Part shown: piece after piece, positions 13,601 to 25,308 of the stretch
Numbering within the stretch: the first letter of the stretch is position 1
Layout of the letters: every line of letters begins with the position of its first letter
From: Pelomyxa schiedti
Taxonomy: Eukaryota; Protista; Evosea
NCBI GenBank assembly: GCA_020536535.1
Contig: JAHLWZ010000830.1
Coordinates: 30,854 to 94,853 of the forward strand
Direction of reading: 5' to 3'
DNA: 64,000 nucleotides
Translations under genes and position numbers: made by a program
The notes under the pieces: model-generated
What the model was told of the DNA's origin: nothing
Seen by the model: only the letters and a program-made list of their open reading frames with translations
The model's database searches: none

Positions 13601-15102
13601 TACCAGTTGACCTATCCGTTTTCAAGTTCAAGCACACCAGCAAGTACTCGCGCTGTTTATGAGTTTGAACCTGAGCTGTGCCCAGTTGGCGTAATGCCTG
13701 ATACTGGTATTCTTCTAGCTGTCACACAACAATTCAAGCCACTTGTACCCCTGTCAACACCAAGTCTTCCCTTCTATGAGATTCATTCCAAAGTATATTT
13801 ATCCTCCGCACACTTTTTCGTAATTATTTTCTCTAGGCACAACCATTCCTCCACAATATCATTCGACACCTCATCAATATTGACTCGAGTATCGCGTTAT
13901 CTTTTGCCCAACAATTCCAACTTGCACCTCATTTCCCTCACACTCTCGAATTGTTGTTATTCTCAGTTCTGGTACTTATACCAAGTGAGGTTATCAATTA
14001 ACAGTCCAAAAGGAAAACTATTCCTTACATCAACAAAGTACATCTTCTCAAGGAGAATTGCAGAAAGCAATTCAGTTTCTATCAGCGTTCTCCTGCCTTC
14101 CAGGCAATTTTTGAGCCCCTCCTTTTTGGCTTTTTTTACTCATGTGCAACAGAAGTTCTTATGAGATGCGCTAGAAAAGTTGACGTTTCAACCTGGGATT
14201 GCCTTTTTTCTTCTATTCTTCCAGTGGAGATTTTTGAGGTCTATCATTTTTTTTTAGTGCCAACAATACCTGACTTTCCCAGCAATCTACTAGGAGCCAC
14301 AAATTTGAAACTGCTAGCTCGCTTCTTCAAGTTATACTCCACTTGAATGGTGAAGAACGATGCCTGGAATGTGGACTTAATCTTCTGGATTCACTAATAG
14401 TGCATAACAAACTCGATGCATGTTTCCTCCTGTTTGTCTTGCACTTATTGTTCGTAGTTGTTGGCTGATCTTCAGCGGTTCCTTGCTTTTAGTAAGCATT
14501 CAGAGAAGTCATTGAATATTGTTAACAATCATGCTCGCACACTTATTTTGAAGTTCAAGTTTAAGCAAGCCTGTGAGTTTGCTTCTTGCTTCGACATCCC
14601 GGTTAGAGCTTGGCTGGCACCAGAGATGTAGACGAGCCTTTTCTTTATCCTTCGTTCTCAATTGTCATATAGATCATGGAAAAGTGAGGACTTTTTCCAG
14701 GCTATCACACAACTGCACGTGCAGTATTCTCTGGAGAAGCCCACATCTATTCTTCCTCCGTGTGTCCTTGCGTCCATTCCGAAATCCTTGACTTCCTTGA
14801 AGTATTTTCCCGTTTCCCTTTCTTTATGCTCATCAGAGTTCATAGCACCATTCTTAATGAGCTCATTCGAGAAGGCTTGATGGAATGGGGTTTATCTATC
14901 TGTGTCATTCTGATGGATGTTGAAAGGATTCGGGAACTACTTTCCAAGTGCCCACAGATTTGGCCCCCCCTTTCTGAAGCTCTTCTTAATCTCAAAGCGT
15001 GTGTTGTTCCTTCTGTGTGCTCTTGAATTTAATCCATCTCTGTGTAGACAAGGCTACACAGAACTGCATGAAATTCTTGCTGCATCCCACACAAAAGAAT
15101 GA
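10683..15102 (+). CDS. RIC1: RIC1, RAB6A/Ypt6 GEF complex subunit; many introns
   Basis: MYAFGSPR start, YLQDNWPV, HIAVAGKNGVAIYHFIGNRWRLFGNQSE, FPHTLELLLF, CARKVDVSTWDCLF motifs typical of RIC1. Confidence 0.85.
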
Positions 15103-15286
15103 AGACCTTAAGACCAATTAAATGAACAATGTACAAATTGCAAAGCCAGCCAAATATCTAAATGTAGTTTCAAAAACCAGTGGCAACTTTTTTTTGCCCA
15201 TTTCTTTAAGACGAACAGAAAGAGAAAAAAAAAGTTTACAGAAATTTCTTATTTTCACCCACCACATGTACTAGTTACTGACATTG

Positions 15287-18200
15287 TTAGTGCTTCTTCT
15301 TGTTGCCCTTGTCGGACACAATTGTCTTTCCAGTCCTTTCCATTTCTATTGACTGGAACCCAGCCGACTCGGCAGTGATTTTGTCATCCTCAGGGTCATC
15401 AGGCGGTGGTGCGAACGAAATCTTCCCGCTGGCCGTGGCTCTCTTATGGGACATCAGATTCTTCTTATCCCCGGCCTTCTTTGCAGTTGCACGTGACGCG
15501 TCTCCTTCTTCGGCCGCGTCGTCTTCCACGTGGAGTGATGTCTTGTCAGTCTTCCCACCGGCACCCAGGAACATGTCATTGAGGGTGTTGACTATTTCGG
15601 CGAACGCCGGCCGGTTCGCGGCCGAAGCGTCCCAGCACTTGATCATGAGCTGAGAGTATTCGGCCGGGCAGTCCTCAGGAATTTTAGGCCGGATTCCTTT
15701 TTGCACGTTCTTTGGAATGTCCCAGCAAACCGTATCTGACCAGGCTTCTTCACGGGTCCACATCTCCCATAATACCAAGGAGTAGCTGTAGACATCCGCC
15801 TTTTTTTTGGTGAGTGTAACCAAGTGGCACCAGATTAATATTTATAAAATAGAAATCATATAGTCAGTGCATTGCACTTTTTTTGTTATTTGTTTGGTTT
15901 TGACGAGGGAGGGAGATCCAACCTTGGAATTATACATTTCTGCCCGAAGGAGTTCAGGAGCCTGACACAGGTGGTGAGTGTAAGTGAAGGCAAAGTGTTA
16001 CTAACCATATAAATTGGTGTTCCGACTCCATTTGTATACCGGAAAAGTTCATCTGTCAACAAGTGAGTTTTAGGTTTTTTTCGTTGTTTCTTTCAGTATT
16101 CAAAAAATTTCACCTGGATTCTGCACATTTCGAGCAGTTCCAAAATCTTAAAAAGGGGTTATAAGCAAAAAAAAAGTAAATGGGACTCTTAACCTGCTAA
16201 TTTACAACAAACAGATGATGTGGCATTTTTCGAGACCAAAAGGGCATTGGGGCACTTGAGATCACCTAAAAAGATATGTGAAAACAACAACATAGTTTTT
16301 ATAACCTACGATAAAGGATTTTTGAGGCATGCAAGTAAGCCATAGCATCAGCAATATTGGTGGCAAACCTCAGAATAAGAAGGTAGGGAATGTCAACATC
16401 GGATTCTAAGAATCTGGACAAACTTCCGTGCTCAACAAGTTCCGTACATACACACATCTTGCCTTTTTCAAGTAAGATGGGAATAGACCTATTTTTCCTC
16501 AAACAAACCTGGAACCAAAGAAGCACCAATAAACGCAACGATACAAGGGTGATGTAACTTGCGAAGCAAATCACATTCATCGAGGAAGTCTTGTTTCTCT
16601 CCCTCTTGAAGTCCTGCTTGGTGTTTTATAACTTTAACGGCAGCAAGCTGAGATCGGTAAACTCCACGGAATACAGCACTTTTTCCTTATTTAATAAAAA
16701 ATGAAGCGGTTTCAGAGAAAATACCCAAAAGCTCCTGCTGCAAGTGGATTTGGTTCAAGACGGATTTCATTGGGATCCAAACGGTCTGAAATGGCTCCCT
16801 CCAGTTTGAGTTGAAGGTATGTACTGACCAGAGTTTCTCCACCAGAGATTACTTCGAACTTAATTGGTAACTCGACATGCGTTGTGTACAACAAAGTTAC
16901 ATCCAAGGTGACAAGCATTTTCCCTTTGGGTGGAAGGTACCCAACTCCAGGACGAAGGGATACAGTCAACATATGCTCATGATTTGGAACATAGAATGTA
17001 TAATGAACACCCCTTCCAGTATTATTGATTATTTCAATAGAGTCAGTTCTCTTCTCGTTCACAGGGAATACGTCCTTGCCTGTCAGATCAAAATCCAGAA
17101 GAACTTTGCTTATAGCTATCCCAGCGCCTTCAAGTGCAGAATTGGATTCAGTTGCATTGAATGACACATCATGGTATTCTTCAGCATCCACAAATTCGGC
17201 GGGTGTATTAAGAGCTTCAAGTAGGCGACGTTTTCTCCGTTTCAAAAACATTATTCCAAGTGCTACCAACCCAGCAGCAGCAAGAACACCAATCAAACCA
17301 CACACTGTGGCAATTAGCGCAACAGCATAAGTGCTAAGTGGCAATTTAACTGTGTCATATGATATGACAAAACCACGGTTGGATGTAAGAGAACTAGCCG
17401 TCAGAACAAAAGTGAGCTTTTTCGCATCAACAGTGTGACCTTCAACCTCTCCAGAAACACCCAGATAAATTGACCTGGGATCCGTTTCATCATCAACATA
17501 ATACGAAACAGAATCTTGGCTTTGAAGATCAATCATATCAAAATTGAACTCAATTTGATCAAACTTTCCTGAAGGTTCAACTATCCAAGAACATGTTGCA
17601 CTGGACAAGTACCGTGTAGCTTGACCGTCAGGTACGTCGTTATCACTGGAAAAAGTGCCTGTGCCAGTCTCGAGTAAGGTTTCTGGATCACAGCCACGTG
17701 AACAGTCGTTCCAGTAGTGCGTGTCATCACATTGACAGACACCGTCAACACATTCGCCATGTCCCAAATCTTCATTGCAATCATTGCCACCCTCTGTGCA
17801 CGTAAAAGGGTACCCACACTGATCAAAATCAAGAATGATCAACTTGGTTTGGTACATGCAATCCGCCCAGAAGTCACTGCATATCACAAGATCCCACTCA
17901 CCAGGTGGCATAAATGTTTCTGTTGCTCCCGACCCCTCAACGTCTTTGTACAAGTTAAGTGGGTCAGTTGTCTCATCAGGGAGAGTTGTATCCCAAGTGT
18001 GAACGTATCGCCATTCTCTCGGATATGGCTCAGTTTCCAACCCAAACCAGTACCAGGCATAGGTCCCAGCATCAGGCTCATCCCAAAGAGTATTTCTGCA
18101 ACCAAACATCAGTACACCTACACAGCACTCATACAAAGACGAAAGTGTAGTGTAAATAAAAAAGAAAAGAAGAAGAAGAAGAAGAAAAGCTATTGGGACA

Positions 18201-18999
18201 TTTACTCCCAATGAGAAGAAAAAATAACATACGGGATGGTATAGTTGAAGATAATTGTATCCTGAGGGCAGAAAGCAGGGTGGCTCCACTTCAAGTTGCA
18301 CTCAGAGCCAACCCAATCACCATCACAAATGCACTGCCCCCTCAGAGCATCGCAGTACCCGTTCAGACAAGCATACTGGCAGCCATTGGGATAGCACCCC
18401 CACCTAAGATAGAACGTGACGACCTCCAGGGGCGTGTTCGTCCCGGAATCGGCGACGGCGATGGTCACGGCGACGGCGAAGTGGAACCTGTGGGACCCGA
18501 CGCACGAGACGGCGATGTCGAACGACTCTGGGGCCGACGGCACGGCGCCCGACGGCGCCAGCGTCGTGGACACGTCGGGCAGGTCGTACGACACGTCGCC
18601 GACGGTGTACGAGTTGTCGTTGATGACGATGACGTCGACCGAGGACGCGAAGGTGAGGCCGGCGGCGGTTGTTGCCGAGCCGTCGCAGTCGCCCCAGCAC
18701 CACGAGAGGGAGAGAGACGGCGTCTCGGCGTCGACGACGAGGTCGACGGTGCCGCTCTCGATGCCGGGGCGGAAGGCGTCCGCGACGACGCCTAGGGAGA
18801 CGATGGGGACGACGACGAAGACGGGCGTGTCGTGCGGCGTGTAGGTGTAGTTCTTGGGCAGGGTGCCGTTGACGTTGACCCCAGACGAGGCCGCCGACGC
18901 GCGGCCCGCGCAGAAGATCGCGGCGGCGGCGACGGCGAGTGAGACGAAGGCGGCGGAGGCGATCGGGCGAGGCGAAAACGAGGCGGGCCGGTTCGGCAT
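15287..18999 (-). CDS. Receptor-like TKL protein kinase: signal peptide, EGF-like repeats, CUB domain, TM helix, Ig/ASH-like juxtamembrane domain, kinase
   Basis: CLNGYCDALRGQCICDGDWVGSEC and GHGECVDGVCQCDDTHYWNDC (EGF), YLSSATCSWIV..RGFVISY (CUB), TM followed by KRRKRR, GAFG, AVK, YRDLKCPN, DFG, GTPIYM|APE, ADVYSYSLVLWEM, CWDASAANRPAF. Confidence 0.9.
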
Positions 19000-19202
19000 C
19001 TATCTTTGGTTGACCGGTTTTTTTTTGTTTTCTCTTTGTGTGTATCGATCGTAAAGGCGCGAGGGCCCCGGCTCTACGGGGTTATTTTTTTGTGTTTTTA
19101 CCTTCGTTCCTGTTTTGTCGTTGATTTTGTTGTGCGCTTCCCCGAAATGTTTTTTCTCCTTCCGTCGGGTGAACGTGAAACACTTAAAAACCGAGTGTTT
19201 CA

Positions 19203-22200
19203 ATGCCGTCGGCGACGTGCGTGTCGTTAATTGTCGTCGTGGTAGTGTGCGTGCTTTCGCGATTGGCGGCGGGATACCTAGAGAACTCTGCTGCGTTCCC
19301 ACAAGCAATTGTGGGTCTGTGGCCTGCCTCTTCTCCTCAGGCTCGCAACTCTGAGGCGAATCAGCAAGTTTTCGCTGTTGATTTCCGCGACGCACCTCTT
19401 CAGTCCCGATCGGCTTCTTTTGTTTCGGGAGGGAATGGCATCGAAAACATCACTTCCCTGCGTGCTCTTTGGAGGCGAGACAATATGGACACGTAGAGTT
19501 TTCCCTCTTGGTTTCTATGACGTTTTCAGTTCATTTCTATTGAAATGGGTTTTTTTTAAGTACTCCTGGATTCATACTTTCCTTCAAGATTGCTGAAGCA
19601 CTTTTTCCCTGGGGTTGCTGCAGATGATTTGGTGCTAAGAGATACGTCTCCTTGCTACATGTTTCTTGGTGAACAAGTCTGTGTTTACACACAATTCTAT
19701 CAGGGATATCCAACTATGGGTTTGAAATCAAAATCTTCTTACAAACGTGACTGAAATGTTTAATAACTCAAACAGGACATCAGTTGAAAGTTTCTTTTGA
19801 CTCTGAGGAGAGGATAACAAGGGCTTCTGGCACAATAATCTCAAAGCGGTTTGTTTTCCTTTCCCCACTAATACATACTTATTGTATAAAGCTCGAGGCT
19901 ACCGAGTGTTCCCTCTGATTCTTATAATAAAGCCTTGAATACTTGCCTAGCAATTGGGCATTTATGCCCTAATATGGCATCTGTTACAGGTTTGAGGGAT
20001 GTGGTTTTCCCTGACCAATGTTATTTTCACAGGAGCAAACATTGTAGTATATAGTTTTGATTCTGATCCTATGATACTAGCATGGAAAATATTATGTCGA
20101 AGACAGTATGTTTGCTTTTCCTAAAAAGACATCTTTTTACTTTTTCAGTTATTTCTATGTTGATTCTGCGAGTTCCAACCTCATCTCAGTTCACCCACAA
20201 CACAGGCACGCTGAAGAAAGGTTTTTTTGTCACTTTCCTATACTTTTAATAAGTTCACAGGTTTCTGTGGGTAGGTGATACTTTAGTGTGGAAGGAGGGA
20301 GATCCTGACTCAGGTGACCAAGATATTGAGGATTACCTCAATGCCACTTCCGCGTTTTATACAACCTTTGAAAATATGATTGGGTGGCTCTCGTTTGATG
20401 GGAAAGGTACCTTAGAATCCTCGTATTAGAACTTACCAGAACTTCTATTAAGACTCCCCACTCATTGCCCATATTCACTACCAAGATACCTTTGAGCAGA
20501 TATGCCCAAATGCGGCATACAATGGAGTAAATAATGAGTTTCTCTTCTGTAGTGGAATGACTTTTTGGGATGGTAACTTTTTTTTAAAACATCCATTTCT
20601 ATCAACTGTCCTTTAGTATCACTTCATGAGGAGGGGCATGCATTTACCCACTTTACCGATGACACTGGAATCTATGAAGACCCCTCTGCAATCAACGAAT
20701 CTTGGTCTGATATAAACGAAGAAGCTCTTGCAATAATGTGGAACATGCCATGTGCGATTGTCTTCATTGTACTAATATAATATAATATAATATAATATCA
20801 TTTAGGGACTCTGGGAATGCGTAGCAGCAACAGGTCATGTGTTTCAGACTCAACTCATCAACGCTGGATTACTTGGTTAGCTGTAGGTACCACGCCATCC
20901 AGCATAAAACTTTATTGAGCTAATAATTACAAGTCTCTGGCAGCCGAGACCTTTATAACCCTAATTGTACATATAATACTGCAGCAGCTAAGGACTGCCT
21001 TTGTTCCTTTGTGGACGCTTCCGAATCTCATGCAAATTCGGGTTTATTGATTCCTTTTTCCAGCTTCTTGACACTGTTCAGGTGTTGTAGGAATTGTATT
21101 TGCTATCACCTGTGACGGTGGGGAGTTGAATGGCGAGTATTTTCCTGGAATAGGAATACTGAAGGTGCCCCTATTTTACGTGTTTACTTTTTTTCTTTTA
21201 ACCTCACGAAAGACATGGTGGATATTTCTTACCTCAAAAATGAGTCACCAAACAGCCGATACTCGGTTTTATCAGCTGGCTGACTTTTTAGCTTTGGCTT
21301 GCCACGGACTCATTGGCAAAAAACTTGTTGACCATTTGGGTTATGAAACGGAGGAATCTATAACTTCAGATGACTGTGACACACTTGGTGAGTACCAGTG
21401 TGATACTTTTGTTCTAATATTTTTCCAGTTCGTCTCACTGATACTTTGGGCTTGAGGGAAACACCATGTCAGTATATGTCCATAAACCCGAATTCCTAAA
21501 TTGGTGCAGGTACATCATACCAGTACCTTCTTGCGTTCCCTCGGTATCTTCCTCTAACAGGGGGTAAATTCAATGTGGAAACAAGTAGTACACAGTGCGG
21601 GGCAACACAATACCTCAGTGTATCACTTCTTTTTTTTGACATGACGAATAATATTTCCACCCTCAGATTCATATTGGTTCTGAAACATGGGTTTTTTCTG
21701 GAACTCCTATTGCAACATCCACGTACACCCCATCATGGAGCTATTTGACACAGTTCACGCTCCCAGGTATTATAGGCTTCCTCTGTTTACAGTTCTCAAT
21801 CTTGACCAGGCTTGTCCATATTTGATTCGAATCGAGTAATATCTTACAACCTGAGTTGTGATGCGTCATTTACCATAACCCCTACGGATTCCCTGAATTC
21901 TCAAGGAAAAACAGTCACCAGGAAAATTGTTTTTTATGGTACCAGTCTCTGTCTCAAAGAAACCCTCTCAGAAGTTCCTTTAATAATTAACAACAAGAAA
22001 AGATCCCCCCTTTTTAACAGGCCTGTCACCCGTATCCGGAGTTGAAAATGATATAGTTGTTGTAACAGGAGACAAATTCCAACAGTTTTCTGGTCCCTGT
22101 GCTGGTCTAGTATTCTACTATTATTCATGCCTGTCTTGTACGTACCCATTTCTGTTTCGATTTTTTTCCAAATAATTTGTACAACATTTCAACAGGTAAA

Positions 22201-22419
22201 TTTGGAAGCACTATCACCGGCGCAGTGTTTATAGACAACAGCACAATTTTGTGCCAAGTGCCAGCTGGTGAAGGAGAGGTATCATTTGAAGTCAGCCTCA
22301 ATGCGCAAGATTTTACCGACTCTGGGCTAACTTTCACATACTCAAGCCCAGCACACACACTCCAAGCAACATCGTTTCTACTCACCGCGATCACCATTGC
22401 ACTGCTTATCACAATGTAA
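19203..22419 (+). CDS. Thermolysin-like M4 zinc metallopeptidase with signal peptide, FTP-type propeptide, C-terminal IPT/TIG domain and hydrophobic tail; many introns
   Basis: Signal MPSATCVSLIVVVVVCVLSRLAAG; YTQFYQGYPTMG (FTP-like, ~19685-19720); SFDGK..HIHY..NAAYNG; HEEGH at 20625-20639; SAINESWSDI (~20685-20714); HANSG (~21029); GGELNGEYFPGIGILK; CQVPAGEGEVSFEVSLNAQDF (IPT); C-terminal FLLTAITIALLITM. Confidence 0.85.
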
Positions 22420-22494
22420 AAAAAACCCAGAGAGTTTTTTTTTTGTTTTTGCAGGTAGGAAATAACACAATGGGTAATTTGTGGGTGTAGAGGA

Positions 22495-22873
22495 TTAGAG
22501 CCTAATGTGCCTGGACGCCATCCTCATGCTTACGTGGGTGTTTCTGGAGAACCTCGTCATGGGGGTACGGTGGGCTCTTGCTGCCATTCCGCGTGCCAAC
22601 CTGGCTTTACCCTTGAGACTCCATCGCCTCTGAGGCATTCGAGCCTGCCGGGTTGCGAAGCCTTTTGCGGACTGCCTCATAACCCTGGGTCGGATTTGAC
22701 GGGTCGCATGTCGGTCGAGGCGAGATTCAACCTGTGTGTTGTTAGGCAAAGTAAATTTACTAGAGCGAGTGAAGAAACAAAAAAAGGAGGTGCGTCGTTT
22801 GTTGTCTGGATGGTACCTCGGTAACAAGGAGTAGAACAATAACGACTAAGAGGAGAATATACAAAGCTTGCAT
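22495..22873 (-). CDS. Small secreted, highly cationic (Arg-rich) peptide precursor, 97 aa, 2 exons
   Basis: Exon 1 22873-22817 MQALYILLLVVIVLLLVTE; 85-nt phase-0 intron GTACCA..CTAAC..CAG (22816-22732); exon 2 22731-22495 VESRLDRHATRQIRPR...ASRHIRL*. Confidence 0.7.
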
Positions 22874-23635
22874 AGTCCAGGTTTCCTTCGCTTGTTGTGG
22901 TGTGTTTGCTTGTTTTTTTTTTTTTTTTTTTTTTTTTGTTTTGAACTTGTTGAGCTTTGTGCCTGTTTTCTGAAGCCATTTATAGGGCAACGCGTTATTG
23001 AGAAAGTTCTTTACAAAGAACAAATTTTACCCTCGGGGCAGCAGAAAACAGGTCCCAGAAACGACTTCCACCATCACTTATTGGACGTTTCAGTCAAAAA
23101 ACGGCATAATGAATGAAAAATAAAAACAACCAACAAAAAACAAGTTTATCCACTGGGCGCACCCAGTGCATTTCGTTTGATTTTGATGATAGTTTTCGTT
23201 TTTTGTTTGTGTGGCTGGTTTTTGACTGAAACGTCCAATAGTTGCAATCAACAAGTGCGGAAGTGCACACCACATCAACAACATCAACAGGACTTCCTGT
23301 GATCAACTGATCACCCCTTAGAAGAGAATGTCGGTTAACATTGGCATTAGAAGAGATCACAAGGAAGTCAGGCCTTCCAAATGGCAGATGGACTCGGGTG
23401 TGTGCAATTGTTCTCAACTGCAAAATGGAAAAACTCTAAGAGAAAACGTGCTGGCTGGTGCCCTCCAACAACATCCAGGTGTCGGAATCTTATCTCTAAG
23501 CAATTGCCCCTCTTGTGCCGGGGTATTTTTGGAGCATAAAAACTGTCGCTCTTACGCAAGAAACAAAAACAAACCAAGCCGCACAACCGACGTTACGCCT
23601 CCCATAGACAAACAACACCAAATAATACCGACAAC

Positions 23636-25102
23636 ATGCAACAACCAACACAGCCGCAACCCGGTATGATGGGACAACCAGGACAACCCGGCCAACCAGG
23701 GATGATGCCTACGCAGCCCGGTATGATGGGCCAGCCAGGACAACCAGGAATGATGGGACAACCGGGTATGATGCCGCAACAACCAGGACAACCTGGCCAA
23801 CCAGGGATGCTGCAGCCAGGGCAACCCGGCATGCAGCCCGGAATGATGGGACAGCCCGGGCAACCCGGCATGCAGCCGGGCCAACCAGGCCAGCCGGGTA
23901 TGCAACCAGGAATGATGGGACAACCAGGGATGCAGCCCGGGCAACCAGGAATGCAACCAGGACAGCCGGGTATGCAGCCAGGAATGATGGGACAGCCGGG
24001 TATGCAACCAGGAATGCAGCCCGGAATGATGGGACAGCCAGGACAACCGGGACAGCCGGGAATGCAGCCGGGACAACCAGGGATGCAGCCCGGAATGATG
24101 GGGCAGCCAGGACAACCGGGAATGCAGCCAGGGATGCAGCCGGGTCAAATGCAACCAGGAGCTCAACCAGGTCAACCCCAACCGGGCCAAATGCAGCCAG
24201 GAGCTCAACCAGGCCAACCAGGAATGCAACCAGGTCAGTCGGGAATGATGCAGCCCGGCCAAATGCAGCCCGGCCAAATGCAGCCCGGCCAAATGCAGCC
24301 CGGCCAAATGCAGCCCGGCCAAATGCAGCCCGGCCAAATGCAGCCTGGAATGCAACCCGGCCAAGTGCAACCAGGGATGCAACAGCCAGGACAGAAGCCA
24401 CCAACACCAGGGCAGCCTCAACCGGGAATGCAACAGCCAGGAATGCAACCCCAGCCTGGAATGCAGCAACCCGGAATGGGTGGTTCTGGTGTAGCTCTTC
24501 AGCTAGGAATGTCTCCACAGCCGGGAATGCAACCTGGAATGCAGCCATCTATGGGAGGCTCTGGAGTACCTCTTCAAACTGGATCTCAGCCGGGTATGGG
24601 AATGCAGCCAGGAATGGGGATGCAACCGGGCATGGGAATGCAGCCCGGTATGGGCATGCAGCCGGGAATGGGAATGCAGCCTGGTATGGGAATGCAACCC
24701 GGGATGGGGATGCAACCAGGTATGGGAATGCAACCAGGAATGGGAATGCAGCCTGGAATGAGCATGGGGATGCAGCCTGGTATGGGAATGCAACCTGGTA
24801 TGGGCATGCAACCAGGAATGGGAATGCAGCCTGGTATGGGGATGCAGCCGGGAATGGGAATGCAACCAGGAATGAGCATGGGGATGCAGCCGGGAATGGG
24901 AATGCAGCCTGGTATGGGAATGGGAATGGGCATGGGCATGCAGCCAGGAATGGGAATGCAACCCGGAATGGGAATGCCAGGCATGGGAATGCAACCAGGG
25001 ATGGGAATGCCAGGAATGGGAATGGGATACCCGCAAGGAGGACCGTATGTTCCTTTACTTTTCATGTTCAAACACTAACGTTGCCCCTCACAGATACTGG
25101 TG
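23636..25102 (+). CDS. Gln/Pro/Gly/Met-rich tandem-repeat low-complexity protein
   Basis: 480-codon ORF of [15 protein letters not shown] units with synonymous third-position variation. Terminal intron gtatgt(~25045)..cacag gives ...GGPYW*. An upstream exon (~23328-23522) is possible. Confidence 0.8.
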
Positions 25103-25308
25103 AGTTTGAAGAACGTAATTGTAGCCGGGAGTACATGTAACTTTCTTTTTCTTCTACAAACAAGTACATTTAAAAAAAAATTCAAAAAAAGCCAAAGGGC
25201 TTATTTTTTCACTTCTTTTTTTCTGGACAAAGTGCACCAGAAAATGTTAAGGTTCATCCAACTGATTCAATTGCCCTTCTTGTGGCTCAGTGGAATCTGC
25301 AAAACCAC

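Noticed and set aside
22480-22780. GC-rich block considered as SRP RNA or RNase P/MRP RNA
   Set aside because: The CAGG..AGCA spacing does not fit SRP helix 8 and no P4 consensus was seen. A spliced signal-peptide gene on the minus strand explains it better.
24251-24340. Exact 15-bp tandem repeat considered as CRISPR-like
   Set aside because: No spacers; it is coding QPGQM in a eukaryotic gene.
23552-25071. Long minus-strand ORFs (HSWL, PGCIPI and AAFGR repeats)
   Set aside because: Antisense shadows of the QPGM repeat; third-position variation fits the plus frame.
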